A stretch of 64,000 nucleotides of DNA from Octopus sinensis. Taxonomy: Eukaryota. Numbering within the stretch: the stretch's first letter is position 1; each line of letters opens with the position of its first letter. This document shows, piece after piece, positions 63,609 through 64,000 of this stretch. The notes beneath the pieces were generated by a model. That model did not search any database, was not told where the DNA came from, and worked only from the letters and a program-made list of their open reading frames with translations. The stretch covers positions 22,010,001 through 22,074,000 of the forward strand of contig NC_043002.1 in the NCBI RefSeq assembly GCF_006345805.1, in the 5' to 3' direction. A program made the position numbers and the translations under genes.

Positions 63609-64000
63609 ATTTTTAAAATTAACAAAACATCGTTGGACTAAAAAACATGGGCGAAGTGATATTAGACAAAGTGACAGCGGGCGAAAAGTAGGATCACGAT
63701 AGTTAATGTAGACGTATATTGCTAAAAAGTATGTAAGTGTATCAATAACGGACGAAATGTGTCTATCATAGGCGGTGGAATTAAAAAAAAGTTAGATTGC
63801 TGCTTCTTTAAACGTCATCAGTAGCAAATATCTACTAGGAGCCATGCTTAAACAAATTTAGCTTCTACTATTGCAGAAAAACAAGGATTGAGAAATCCCT
63901 GGTGTCGCAAATAGTCGTACAGAATGATGCATTGAATTAATATTGCTGCTAACGTCGCTAAGAATCCTTTCTACAATAGGCACAAGGCCTGAAATTTAGG

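Overview
AT-rich, microsatellite- and SINE-dense animal genomic DNA. The repeat landscape looks like Octopus; this is pattern recognition, not a database result. One host gene is supported: a + strand UNC93/UNC93A-like MFS membrane protein. Four coding exons (7328-8810, 16434-16569, 29194-29325, 30544-30740) splice in frame through GT-AG junctions to 648 codons plus stop; the start-codon exon was not found. A ~220-aa Ser/Thr/Pro mucin-like tract is inserted in one loop. The rest is transposon-derived: a full-length but frameshifted Tx1/L1-clade LINE inserted in a (TC)n tract (17682-23072, -); an ORF1-only relative with a perfect 15-bp target-site duplication (TSD) (44995-47421, -); a 5'-truncated Tx1 3' end in (ATT)n; several tRNA-derived SINE families; mariner, maT-like, hAT and RLE-type LINE fragments; and foldback palindromes. 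Most interesting: (i) the LINE, the ORF1-only element and SINE family B share a 3'-terminal motif, suggesting a three-member Tx1 mobilisation system, with a recurring GGTATTT insertion junction for the SINE; (ii) type I hammerhead ribozyme motifs, one in sense orientation in a host intron and one inside a tRNA-headed SINE-like unit. Most short ORFs in the supplied track are microsatellite or antisense artefacts. No CRISPR array, rRNA or intact tRNA gene was found.
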